Source: Camelus ferus (Eukaryota). Taken from it: DNA of 64,000 nucleotides. Made by a program: the position numbers and the translations under genes. Each line of letters opens with the position of its first letter. Positions within the stretch are counted from its first letter, which is position 1. The notes beneath the pieces were generated by a model that saw only the letters and a list, made by a program, of their open reading frames with translations, was not told the origin of the DNA and did no database searches. Below are positions 38,990 through 51,330 of this stretch, one piece after another. The stretch lies in contig NC_045696.1 of the NCBI RefSeq assembly GCF_009834535.1, positions 59,088,001 to 59,152,000 of the forward strand. The letters run 5' to 3'.

Positions 38990-41681
38990 TTGTTATGTTT
39001 ACCATAAAACAAAAGCCAGGTACAGAAAACCATACAAAACAAATATATAGGCTGGTGAATTTTTATGAGGCAAACATCCTTGCAGTCACCACCCAGGTCA
39101 ACCAATAGAACTCTGTCAGTCATCCCAAAAGTCTCCCAGTGTGCCCCACCCCAATCCCAACCCCCATCACCTTCCTTCCAAAAGTAACCACCAGCCTGTC
39201 ATTTATATAATCGCTTTTGCTAGTTTCTTTACTGCTTTATCTCCCAAGTGTGCGTCATGCCCATTTTTTAAAAACTTGGTGTGCCTTTTAAGTCTTTTAT
39301 TACATTATCTGTTGAAGAACTTAGGCCTTTTGACCTGTGGGCTTTCCTACATTCTGGGAATCGCAGTTCGGCGTACTCCTCTGTCCTCTCCACTTCCTAG
39401 AAGTTAACAGCTGATCCAGAGGCTTCGCCAGACTGAGGTTCAGTCCCTTTGGCAAGACTATAACAGGTGGTGGTGTTCCTTCATCAAGAGGCGCATGATG
39501 TCTGGTTTTGCTATTTTTTGAGCCTTACAGCTGGTGAGGCCTAATTCCTAGATCCATGAATTCACTGAGGGCTGCAAAATAATATTTTAATTCTATCATT
39601 TTTATAATGAGTTATAAGGAGAATACGTTTATAAGGAGATGCTTTCTCTCATCTAGTATTTAGTTAGGATGAGATAAGTTCGTAACAGAAAGTCTGGATA
39701 AATACTTATTTCTTCTTTTAATTACCAAGTTTTCAAGATAATGAACTAGTTCTCTGTCATCCTCAGAAAGTGATTTATTAGGTGTCATAGTGTCATAAAT
39801 TTATGAATTTAAATATATTTGATGGATTTCAATCTACTGCGGTTGTAATCTTTATTAAAGCTCAAATTGTTCCATCTTTGGCCAGTAGGTACCTTTCTTG
39901 CTACCTAATATGACAAGCTGTTTTGAGCTTATTTTATACATTCGCTGCTCCAGACCTGGAATCAGCCGTTTTTCCAAAAGAAGTTTTAGTTTCCTTTATT
40001 GATATTTCAATATGACAATATGGGCATTAGGGGGTGTTAATTGCTACTAGGTTGGTAACTGTTTCTAGGTCTTTTCAGTTTAAAGTTAGGATAGACTTCT
40101 TCATGAGTTCACGTTAATATTTCTAATTCAATTTCAGGACTAGAGGGTTTTAAATTAATCCCTTCTAAAACACATCAGGATCTCCTAAGAAATTCCATAT
40201 GGAGAATTCTAATTCTCAAGGATATAAGGGATGATGAAATTAGAATATCTTAATTTGCTAATTTGCTTTATTTCACATTAAAAATATAATAATCTCAAAA
40301 TAACAATATTAATATTACCACCACTGATTATAGCTCTTGAAAACAGTTAATTGTTGCATATATTATCCCTTTTAGTATAGTTGTGCTCTAATAGTTGTCA
40401 GCTTCTATAGCCATTGCATACTACAGTTTTCATTAGCCCTCACTTAATCTTAGTTCTATAGGTAAGTATATATGTAATGCTCATGATTAATTCCTTATGT
40501 CTCTCTAATCTAGTTATTTTGGTTGTCTGAAAGTTTGTCCTCTATAGATTCCTTACGAAGAGTTTATGGAAATGGTATTCCCTGAGTTCTTATATGTTGT
40601 TTACAATATGTCTATGTGTTTATATTTGAAGGTCAGTTTTATGGAATATAAATTACGTGGCTTGTGTTTCCTTTCCTTGAAAACCTTAAATATATTTTGC
40701 CACTTACTTACGGGGTAATGAATTGCTATTAAAAAGTCTCATACAGTCTACTTTTCTTTCCCTTTTAAGTGATAGGCTCTTTTTGCATAGATACTCAAAA
40801 ACTTCATCATTTTCCTTAAAGTCCAGTCATTTTACTAGAATATGTCTGTTGATCATTCTGGTTTGCTATTTCTCAGGTGGACAGTGTGTTCTTTTAAAAC
40901 ATAGCTTCAGTGATATATTGAATTTCTCTCTCTATATATAATATATATTTAATTCAGGAAAGTTTTTCTTCAATTATAGTTTTTAATATTTGTTCTGTTT
41001 CCTTGCTTTAAATTGCTTCCATTATCTGGATTTTGGACCTCTTTTGCCCATCTTCAGTATTTGCCACTTTCCCTGAAATCCTTTTAATTCTCTTCTTCAT
41101 TTATTTTTTATTTTAAAACTTTCTCTCCTTTTTACCTTCTCTTTTAAGGTTTTATTTGTTGTGTGTTTGTTTTTTTTTTCTCTGTAGCCCTTTTAGTTTA
41201 ATCTTCATTTCTCAAATGCTTTTAAAAAATATTTTAATTCTTCTTTGTGTTCTGATCCAATTTCTGAGTTTCTCTAATTCTGATGTATGTTTTTCTTACA
41301 TCACTTTCTCAATGATTTTTTAGCTCTTTTAGGATATTGTATCTTTGATTTATTTATTATCTTTCTGGTAGGTATTCATTGTAGGGATGTTATACTGATC
41401 CTTATTCTACCAACCCACCCCTTTTTAGTAGCTTTGCATGAGAATTAACCTTGATAGTTTTCTGTTGCTCATTTTAACATGAATTTTGTATTCCTGAACT
41501 TTTAGGAGGAGGTTTGGTCCAGATAGCCTTTCTAACTTCACAGAACTCTCCATTTTATTGTTTCTGTGTAGTGTTAAAAAAATTTTTTTTGGTGGCTGGA
41601 TTTCTGAAATTTCCTGGTTTTGTTCCTCTCACTCATTTTTATCTGGCTCTTCCTTTTCCTTCAACTCTGTTTTTCCTATCA

Positions 41682-41724
<43 letters not shown>

Positions 41725-42640
41725 TTCTTTTTTTTTTTTTTTTTACCACTGAGCTATACCCTTCCCCTGCAGTCATTTACTGTGAATGTGTACGTGTCTT
41801 TATGTTTAAAGTGGGTTTCTTATAGACAGCATAGAATTGGGTCTTGTTTTTTGGTCCACTCTGACAACATCTGTCTTTTAATTTGGTGTATTTAGACCAT
41901 TGACATTCAAAGTGATTATTAATATAGTTGAATTAATAGCTACCATATTTCTTACTGTTTTCTATTTGTTACGCTTGTTCTTTTCTCTGATATTCACTGT
42001 GAGAACCACTGTGAGGTATTGGAGGTGAAACTTACAAAAGCTTAGGCCTCTTCCTCCCTCCATGTTTGGGTCCGCCTGAAGTTTTTAACTCTTAGATTCG
42101 TCTACACTGAATTTCCATCAATTTGTCAATTACAGTTCGGGTTTTTCCTACCCAGACACTGGTTTCTGCAGAGGTTTCTGCTCTTGAGTTTCTGGCAGTA
42201 AATTGTGATTTTTCTGTATCCAAATGTCTGTCTCTCCAATATTGGAAGTAATGGTCTGCCCTGTGAGGTCGCTTCTCTTACAGATCTAAGAAGAGTTGTT
42301 AATTTTTCAGTTTATTCAGCTTTTTATATGTCATTAAGATGGAGATGTCCGAACTTCTTACATGCCAGACCAGAAACCAGAAGTCTCTCATCAACATTTT
42401 AAATTTTCTGTTCTTTGGTTGGTTTTTTTTTTTTATTAATAGCCATCTTCACATCTTAGCAGGTGTGAAGTATATCCCATTGTGGTTGAGATTTGCTTTT
42501 GCTTGATGACTAATGATGTTGAACATCTTTTCATGTGCTTATTAGCCATTTATATATCTTCTTTGGAGAATTGTCTTTGCATTCTTTTGCCCATTTTTTA
42601 GTTAGATTGTTGGGGGATTTTTCGTCATTGAGTTTCTAGG
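38990..42640 (-). mobile_element. Cluster of old antisense L1 fragments (L1MC-type 3' end and other pieces)
   Basis: T-rich sequence with L1 motifs (gactaatgatgttgaacatcttttcatgtgctt; gtgggtttcttatagacagcata). Confidence 0.75.
41682..41744. repeat. Compound microsatellite (TG)n(TA)n followed by poly-T
   Basis: Directly visible. Confidence 0.95.
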
Positions 42641-43142
42641 AAATACATCACATAACTTGAAAAACACCATAGTCCAAACACACAAACCTAATGCATGATG
42701 GCTGGTTTGTAAAGATGAAATAAATCAGCTTCGGAGAGCAATTTGTCTGTTTGTTCCTTCAGACATCCTGAAAGAATACAAGTTAACTCCATTTCCCCAA
42801 AGCAAGACACTAGTAGTTAAAGAAAATATTCCTTTGCTTGGTGGGGAGGGGGTGCCTGTATATTTTTACTGCCTTCCTAGGAAGTTTAATCTGCAAGTCT
42901 TGGCCTCCATCTGTCTGTGCACATCCTCTGCACTTCCTTCTTGTCTCTGGATCCCTTCTCTAGCCTGGCCCCCTTCAATGCTGGGCCCTTGTTAGGAAAG
43001 CCAAAGGAGGAAAGGGAAGAAAGGAAAGATAAAATATCACAATTTATTAATCTCTCACAAGTGTTGAATAACAGATAGCTCACCTTAGTTTATAAATTCA
43101 TTAAATTCACCTAGATTAGTATTGGTGGAAGATTAAAGACTT

Positions 43143-43320
43143 GGTGGTTCTGAAGCCTGGTTGCAAGTTGGATTCACTTGTGGAGCTTTTTAAAAATACT
43201 TATGTCTGGGTGCCCCTCCCAGATAATGATTCAGTTGGTTTGGGGTGCAGCTTGGGAAATTATTATTATTTTTTTGATTCCCCAGTAATTCTGATGTGGG
43301 ATCAGAGTTGAGACCTACTT
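43143..43320. mobile_element. MER5A-like hAT element
   Basis: ggtggttctgaa...gagttgagacctact terminal inverted ends and MER5 body. Confidence 0.75.
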
Positions 43321-43675
43321 ATAACTTAGGTAAAATTTACAGTAGAAAGAACAATTTGGAAATTAACCAACAATGCTTTTGTTTGGCTAATGATTTCTTT
43401 AAAGACCAATGCCTTGACCAGAAGTATTACTATATGAAAGTACAGACACACAGAAAGTCCAGAATGTGTTTGTAGATTTGTTCTTGTAAGTATTTACTGT
43501 AAACTAATTTTCTACTTTAAATCCTATTTTGTCATGCATTATTATTATATAATTGAAAAAGCTTATCGTTAAGGAAAAATATTTGATTACAAAGCCATTA
43601 ATGAAAATATAATTCCAAATTGAAAAAAAATTTAAATTAATTTTTTAACCATTAAAGTCACACATTGTAATTGCT

Positions 43676-43790
43676 AAAAAGGAAAGAAAGAAAGAAAGAG
43701 AAAAAGAAAGAGAGAAAGAGAAAGAAAGAAAGAAAAGAAAAGAAAGAAAGAAAAAAGAAATAAAGAAAGAAAGAAATACAGAAGGCATAA
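43676..43790. repeat. Imperfect (GAAA)n polypurine tract
   Basis: Directly visible. Confidence 0.95.
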
Positions 43791-44654
43791 AATAAAAAAT
43801 GACTGTCATCTTCCCTACAGCTGCACCCTGCAGTCCCAGAAGTATCCTCTATTGAGAATTTCCTTGGCATCTTTTAGGAAAGGGCTATTTTATTAGGTCA
43901 CTTATTATAATAATAATTATAAAATCTAGTTCAAAATGTTATTTTAAAGTTCCTATGGTTATTACAATGTTAGAAACAAGTTTAAGATCTAAATCAATGA
44001 TTTCAAGCTGCAGAATCCCCAGATTCCAAGGAGGTGATGGGGGGAATAGAGTAGGGACTGGGGCAAGGTCCCCAAGCCCCCATCCGTTTCTTGCCCAGAG
44101 CAGCTCTGCTTTTCTATATTTCATGTATCAAGCTTTTGTGTAAGATTTTGCAGGACACTTAAATCCACTGTTTTATACAGCCTGAAAGAATAGCAACAAC
44201 AGTTTAGATGAACAAATATGAACTCAAGTGAAATATGAACTAAAAAATCAACTCAGTGATCACATTCTATCATTCTTCCCATATTCTACCACTAATAACC
44301 TACAAGTTCTCTATTTGCTCCCCTTCCCCCACAAACACATTGTAGAGGTTTATCTTAGAAACCATAGAGGGAAGTGCTACAAAAACCCAGCAGAACAAAG
44401 ACCACAGTTAAGGACAAAATGAGCACATGAAAATCATGGCTGAGAAACCTATACATTATAAAGCAAACTTGGGGGGGGGGGTTAATATATAAGATCCTTG
44501 ATTTATAAATTCTGTAAACTCAACTTTCTGCATAATGAGAATCTACAGCCAGATGATATCAGTATCATCTATTAAGAATTCTTTGTTTTGCACAAGTGAA
44601 AATGGAGGTTAGAGGGCAAGTCATACATTTCCACCTCAAGTTCTCTGTGTGAAA

Positions 44655-44920
44655 GGAGTATAGTATAGTGGTAAGATCTTCTGAGTCAGCCTCTTGGCTT
44701 GCATGGAAACTTTGTCATTAATTAGTTGTATGATCTTGGACAAGTAACTTAAATTCTTCTGGGCCTTAATTTCCCAATTGTTAAAAATGAGATACAAATG
44801 AAATAAATCCTGTCCACTTCACAGTGTTGTTTTGAAGATTGAATGAGAAGATGCCCTGCAAAACAGATTAGCAGAGTGCCTGGTACATAGTAATTGTTCC
44901 ACAAATGGTAACATTATTCA
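44655..44920 (+). mobile_element. MIR
   Basis: tgatcttggacaagtaacttaa...cagagtgcctggtacatagtaa. Confidence 0.75.
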
Positions 44921-46560
44921 GTGGAATATCAATTAGTTATTCAATCATGTCATACCAAATTCAATACTCTGGCCTCCAGTGGGCTAAAATTCTTTCCATT
45001 ATTCGTGAGTACACAAAGTGAATGAATGAGTACATTTACTGTAATCACTTATGTGTGTAAATAAACAAAAAGGTATTTATTGCAAAAACAAAACAACCAA
45101 ACTATATCATAAAGCAAAACAGAATTTCTAAGAGGAAAAAAACAAACAAAAGAAATCCTTCTTTGGGAAATTTTTACCCTGAATTATCCCAAAATGTTTT
45201 ATAATGGTCTCCTACATGTCCACGTACCCACTGGAAAAACTGGCTAATTAAGTCAAGAGCCCTCACATGAACAGAAGGCTGACATTAGGAGGTTGGGTAA
45301 AACAGCAACATTCTAGGTTCCTCTTCTTTGTAGGCCTTCCAGGGCTCATCTGATCCCTCCCCTTACCTCTCAGCAAGATCTTATGGAAAAGGTCTTAGAG
45401 AGACACATATCCACCTTTCCTTCCTAATAATGGAAGATGGAGCTTGCAATTCAGTTACGAGTTCTAGTGACTGGACAGTCTGTCTGAAAAGTTCTTTCTT
45501 ATGCCTACATAATCTTCATGCTGCCAATAAAAATCCATTCAAATTGTGTCAGTGACAAAAATTCTAAATACTTACAAGTAAATGTAACAAGATAGACTCA
45601 GGACCTATATTGAAGCAAACTGAGGGGAAAAAAATTATTAAAAGACACAGAACAGGACTTTAATAAACTGAAAGTCATATCATGCTCCTAGAAGGAAAGA
45701 CAACAAAAAACTGTTAATTCTGGAAATTTTAATATATAAATTTAATGAAGTTCCAATTAGAATTCCAGCAAGGTTTTTCTTGGAATTAGATAAAATGATT
45801 CTAAAACTCAATAGAAAAAGAATGCCAAAAAATAGCTAATGTAACTATAATAAAGTAAGAAAAGAGAGAGTATATATGGGGGCTTACTAAGGTATCAGTC
45901 ATACTATAAAGTCTATGTATGTAAATCAATATGGCATTGGTAAGGGTGTATAAAAATGTATTTGTGGAAGACAGTAAATAATTGATAATTATATTACAGG
46001 GGCTACTAGAAATGTTTGTGTGCCAAACTGGTAGTTCAGTGGGGAAAAGATGAACTATTAAAAAAAATGCAGGCATAACTAGCTACCCATCTGAAAGAAA
46101 ATAGAAGTGGATTGCTATCTTATACTAAATTCAAAAGTAAATTGCAAATGGATTAAAGATTTCAATGTAAAAGAAAAATAATTTTAAAACTTGAATAAAA
46201 TGTCTAGGAGATTATATGTATTATCTGTAGTTTGGGGAGACTTTCCTTACCAAGAACCAAGAAACTATCAAATAAAAGACAGGCATATTTGACCATACAC
46301 AAATAACATTTTTTGGTATGGCAATACAAAATTAACAGCAATCAATATGTCTGGAAAAATGTTTGTACTACTATGTTCTCACAAAGGATTACTTTCTATA
46401 AAAGCAATCCTAAAAACTGATAAGACAAAACCAATAACAGAATAGAAAATTGTGCAAAGTGTGCAAATAAACAATTCACTAGCGAATAAAGCCAAAAGGC
46501 TCAATAAACATATGGATATGATCAAATTCTCCAGAAATCAGGGAAATAAAAATGAAAGTA

Positions 46561-47020
46561 TTCAGCCATAAAAAACGACAACATAACGCCATTTGCAGCA
46601 ACTTGGCTGTTCCTGGAGAATGTCATTCTAAGGAGGTAAGCCAGAAAGAGAAAGAAAAATACCATATGAGATCGCTCGTATGTGGAATCTAATAAATAAA
46701 TAAATAAATACAAAATAGAAACAGACTCATAGACAAGAATACAAACTTGTGGTTGCCAAGGGGGCTGGGGGTGGGAAGGGACAGACTGGGAGTTCAAAAT
46801 TTGTAGATACTGACAGGCATAAGCAGAATAGATAAACAAGATTATACTGTACAGCACAGGGAAATGTATACAAGATCTTGTGGTAGCTCACAGCAAAAAA
46901 AAATGTGACAATGAATATATGTATGTTCATGTATAACTGAAAAATTGTGCTCTACACTGGAATTTGACACAATATTGTAAAACGACTATAACTCAATAAA
47001 AAATACGTTAAAAAAAAAAA
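46561..47020 (+). mobile_element. Young 5'-truncated lineage-specific L1 3' end
   Basis: Retains CpGs, AATAAA and a poly(A) tail. TSD of at least gaaagta (46554-46560 / 47021-47027). Confidence 0.9.
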
Positions 47021-48439
47021 GAAAGTAACATAAAATTGCTTGACACCTATCACACTGGCAAAAACAAAATCAGCCATAGCAAAGCTTCCACTAATCTAAT
47101 GTGGGACAACTTAAGTATCCATAAGAATTATAAATACAATGGACTGAACACCTCAAATAAATTTAATCCATTAATTCATAGCGATACTAAAAAACAAATC
47201 ACTGTTGAAGGATGCTAGGGATCCAATTCATTATTTTGAAAACTGGTAAATAACTGGAAAGAATCAAGCATTTTCTTATCTTATGTAAATGAACTTTACC
47301 AGTGGATAACCAAACAGCAGAGGTGAGGAAGTTTCTCTTTATAGATGTAGTCTATGCCACAAATGAAAAAGAATAGAGTTGGATGGTCATCATTTTGCAA
47401 CCCTAATGGATCTGGACACTGGTTGCTAACATCACAAACAGAAAGACAACCAAACATTATGTGAGTCCCAGTGGAGGAAACAGACAGATGCCATCTATGA
47501 ATTATTCTTGTCATAAAGGTCCAACCCAAATCTGACCAAGCCTCTAGATTCCACTACCAACTCACAGGAAATAACTAGGATGAGGAAAACATTTCACTAC
47601 AATATAGGGATGCAACCTGCAAAATTCAGACTGCAGGAAACATCACGGCACTGACAACCTGGTTGTTCTAACAAATTGTAAGGAACAAAAAGATGGTGGG
47701 AGAGACTGTAATTTTTTTTATCCTCCCCACCTTTCCCTTTTGGTAACCGTAGTTTGTTTTCTGTGTCCGTGAGGGAGAGACTATAAATTTAAATACACAT
47801 AGAACATCCTAATTAGTTGCAATTTATGGGCCTTATTTGAAACTTTCTCAAACAAAATGTAAACATTGGCTGAATACTTAATAATTATTATTAATTTTTT
47901 AGATATTATAGTAATATTGTGCTATTTTATCTTTTAGACATACATTTGTACTTATATTTGTAAGTGAAGTAATATGGTATCTGGAATTTGCTTTAAAATA
48001 ACATGAAACAGGGGGAAGTGGGTGGGACAGAATCAGCCATAGGTGGATGGTTCCAAATGGGCTGCCAAATGGCAACCTGAGAATTCATTATATTATGTGC
48101 CTACTTTTGTGCATGTTTGAAATTCTCCACAATAAAAAGCAAACACACACACACACCAAGCCATAGTTCCTATTGCTGATTGTGTAGTGTGTATGAAGGC
48201 AATTCTCACACATTGCTGGCAGAAATGTAAAGTTTTATAACCTTTTCAGAAGGCAATTTGGCAAGATCTATCTTTTAAAATATATACATCGCTTGTCCAA
48301 GAAATTCTATTCCTGGGACCCTATTCCTTCCTTAGGAATAGAAGTGGAAACCCACAAGTCCACATGACAGGTATGTTTCCCGTGAAACTGTTCATAAGGG
48401 CACCCAATCTACAGCTATCTGCAGCAATCTACAATCTAC

Positions 48440-48900
48440 AGCAGATTTGGTAGATTGTTCCATTCTCCCTCTAGTTAACCCTTTTCTTGTGTGTCTTTCT
48501 AGTTTGCAGAGGCTGAAAAACTAGGCATATTTCCCAGACTCCCTTGAAACTAGTGTTCTAGGTTGTGAATTAACTTCACCAGTCAGATGTGTTAGTACAG
48601 TTCTGACAGATGCGGTATGGGGCTGGAATCAAAAGTTCTGGTGATAGTTCCCTGACCACCAAGCTGGTAGGTGGCATGATTCTGGAACCAGCAGCTGAGA
48701 CAGCAGCTTCCTAACTGTGATGGACATTACAGTTCCCTTGGGGGGCAGGTTCTGTGGGACTGTCGTGGAGTTATCCCTGGAGGTCCAGCCTATAGCCTGC
48801 TACTTGGGTCCCTCTACTGATTTGGTAAGTCCCGAATTTCCCACATTCAATCACTTTCTACTTAAAATGACTAGTTTCTATTATATACAACTGACCCAAA
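48440..48900 (+). mobile_element. Old ERVL-type LTR (LTR33-like)
   Basis: ttgcagaggctgaaaaactagg...tttcccagactcccttg motif and an LTR-like 3' end. Confidence 0.55.
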
Positions 48901-50689
48901 TTATTGAATTGTAGCATTACATCTCCATATCATGCAATATTAAGCAGCCGTTGAAAAGAATGAATTAGGTCCATATAAATGACTTACTACTCATCTAGAG
49001 GAATTTTCATAGGCACTTCTAAGTGTGAGAAAATAAAAATACAGGAAGATGTGTACAATACGACCCACCTTTGCAAAACAATGATCAACTCCCTGAAATC
49101 TCTATAAATACAGGGATCCATGTAGGATTTTATGAGCATGGGGAAAATATTGGTTATGAATATAGGTTACAGGTGTGTGGCTAGGGAAAAGGAAAGGGGC
49201 TAATATGGGGAGAGGAGGTAGAGAGCAAAAAGGTGTTATAAAAAAAAGCAAGCATGATATGATTCTATATATGCACATTTATTTGGGTGTGTATGTTGCA
49301 TGTGTAAAGAATGCTTGAAAGGAAAAAACCAACATTTTAACCTCAGGATGATGGGTAGGATTTACTTTCTTTTTTGTATTTTATATAAGAATCAGGTGTT
49401 CACAATGAGTATTTTTAAGTACGATTAGAAAAAAATAAAGGTTTTTCATTGTATAAAAAGCGAAAAAAAAAGGTGACTTACAATAGCAACAAAAGCTATA
49501 AGACTGCCTAGGAATAAACCCCACAAAAGTTTAACAGGATTTCTATGGGGTAAATAAGTGGAGCATTATACAATATTAATGGATTAGAAGTCTCTATATA
49601 ACAAAGATGGCAATTCTCCAAATTAACCTGTAAATTCAAAGCAATGCCTGTAAAACTAAAGTGGATTTTTCACAGAACTTGATAAACTGATCCCTGAATT
49701 CACACAAAAGTGTAAAAGGCCCAGAATAGTCATGAATAAGAAGAAAAAATCACCCTATCAGATATCAAGATGTTATGAATCTGCAGTAATTAAAACAGTG
49801 TGGTATTGCACAGAAGCAGTTAATACATAAATGAAACAGACTAGAGAGAGTAGAAATACAGCCACAGATACTGAGAAACTTGGGAGTGACAGAGATGACA
49901 TTACACATTAGTGGGGGAGGACAAGATAGGAAACAAACATGCTGGCCTCCCTTTAGAACCCACCCTAGAAATGCTACAGAAGCGACAGACAGGTTAATGG
50001 ATAACAGAATATAATAATAAAACAAGAACCTTTCAGGAAGATAGGAAGTGGTTGCATTCCAAATGCAAATGGAAAATGGCAGCCTAGAATTGAAGATGGC
50101 CAGTCAGAGGATGAGTTGCAAAAATACAATCTCATATTTTCTTCCCTCCTCCACACTGTTCTGGGTAAGTCACTGCTCACCTCATCATCTCTGTGGGGCA
50201 GAAGAGTAATGCCAGCACAGTGTCACTGGATGTATGCATATCGTTGTGGCAGAGCTGGAGTCTGGCTAGGAGAGCAGCTGACAACAGGCACAGATCACTG
50301 TCTTGATCCCTGAGCAGCCCTAATTCATATCCCAATCGTAGGGAGGAAGCTTTTGAAAAAAAGCAGAGCTGAGAGAGGAGATACAGGAAAAGTCAATTCA
50401 TGTGGGTAGGGAGTGATCATGTCCAGACTGAAATAACAGAAGTCATTGGTCCAAGGAATATTTCCTACTGCTATGACCACCACCCCAGGACATGAGATAC
50501 ATTCTATAAACTCATCATGAGGGATCTGAGTTAGAATCTGGATTTCAATCTCCTAACCCAAGTATACATTACCTGTCTATGTAGCTAATATTCCCAAGGT
50601 TATGCGCTTACAGGGGGAAAGAATGATACAAACAAGGTGCACAAGCTTAACAGTCCATGCTAAAGGAAACAGAAACAATGGACTAGATG

Positions 50690-51330
50690 GATAAGAATTT
50701 AAAACACATGTAATAAATATTTTAACAATATAAGAGGGAGTAGTGGAAAATGAAGCAGAAACAAGCAATTATAAAGAAGAACAAACTATGTGAATATTGT
50801 AACAACTGAAGTTAAGAACCTAATAAATTATCAGCAGAATGGGTATAGCTGAAGAGCAAATTGTGAGATGAAAGATCAGGTCAGGAAACCTTCCCCAGAA
50901 GAGTTAAGAATAGATACAGATGGTCAAAATAAGAAAAAAGTTAAGAGACACATAGGTTTGAAGGAGACGCATAATAGGAATCAAAGTAGAGAGAAAAACA
51001 AATTACAAGGAAGTATTTGAAGAAACAATGACTGAGAATTTTCCAGAATTAGAAAAAGATATAAGATCACTGATTTAAAGAGCTCACAGAGCACTAACAG
51101 GAGACATTAAATCAAAAAACACTAATATTCATTAGAGTGACATTTAAAATCAAAGCCAGAGAAAATTCTAAAGGCTTCCAGAGAGAAAACTGTATCACCT
51201 TCAAAGCCACACAAGGATCTGCTCCAACAGGCTTCTTCATAGCCACACTGGGAGCCAGAAGGCAACAGTGGAACATCTGTGCAAAGGGCTAAAGGTAAAG
51301 AAGTCAAACTTAGGATTTTACATCAAAATC
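50690..51330 (+). mobile_element. Old L1 ORF1 remnant
   Basis: atgactgagaattttccagaatt and agagaaaattctaaaggcttccagagagaaaa motifs. Confidence 0.7.

Larger units (their letters stand above)
45560..49920 (+). mobile_element. Old L1 (L1ME/MC-type) fragments hosting younger insertions
   Basis: L1 ORF2 and 3' UTR motifs, interrupted at 46561, 47712 and about 48440. Confidence 0.7.
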
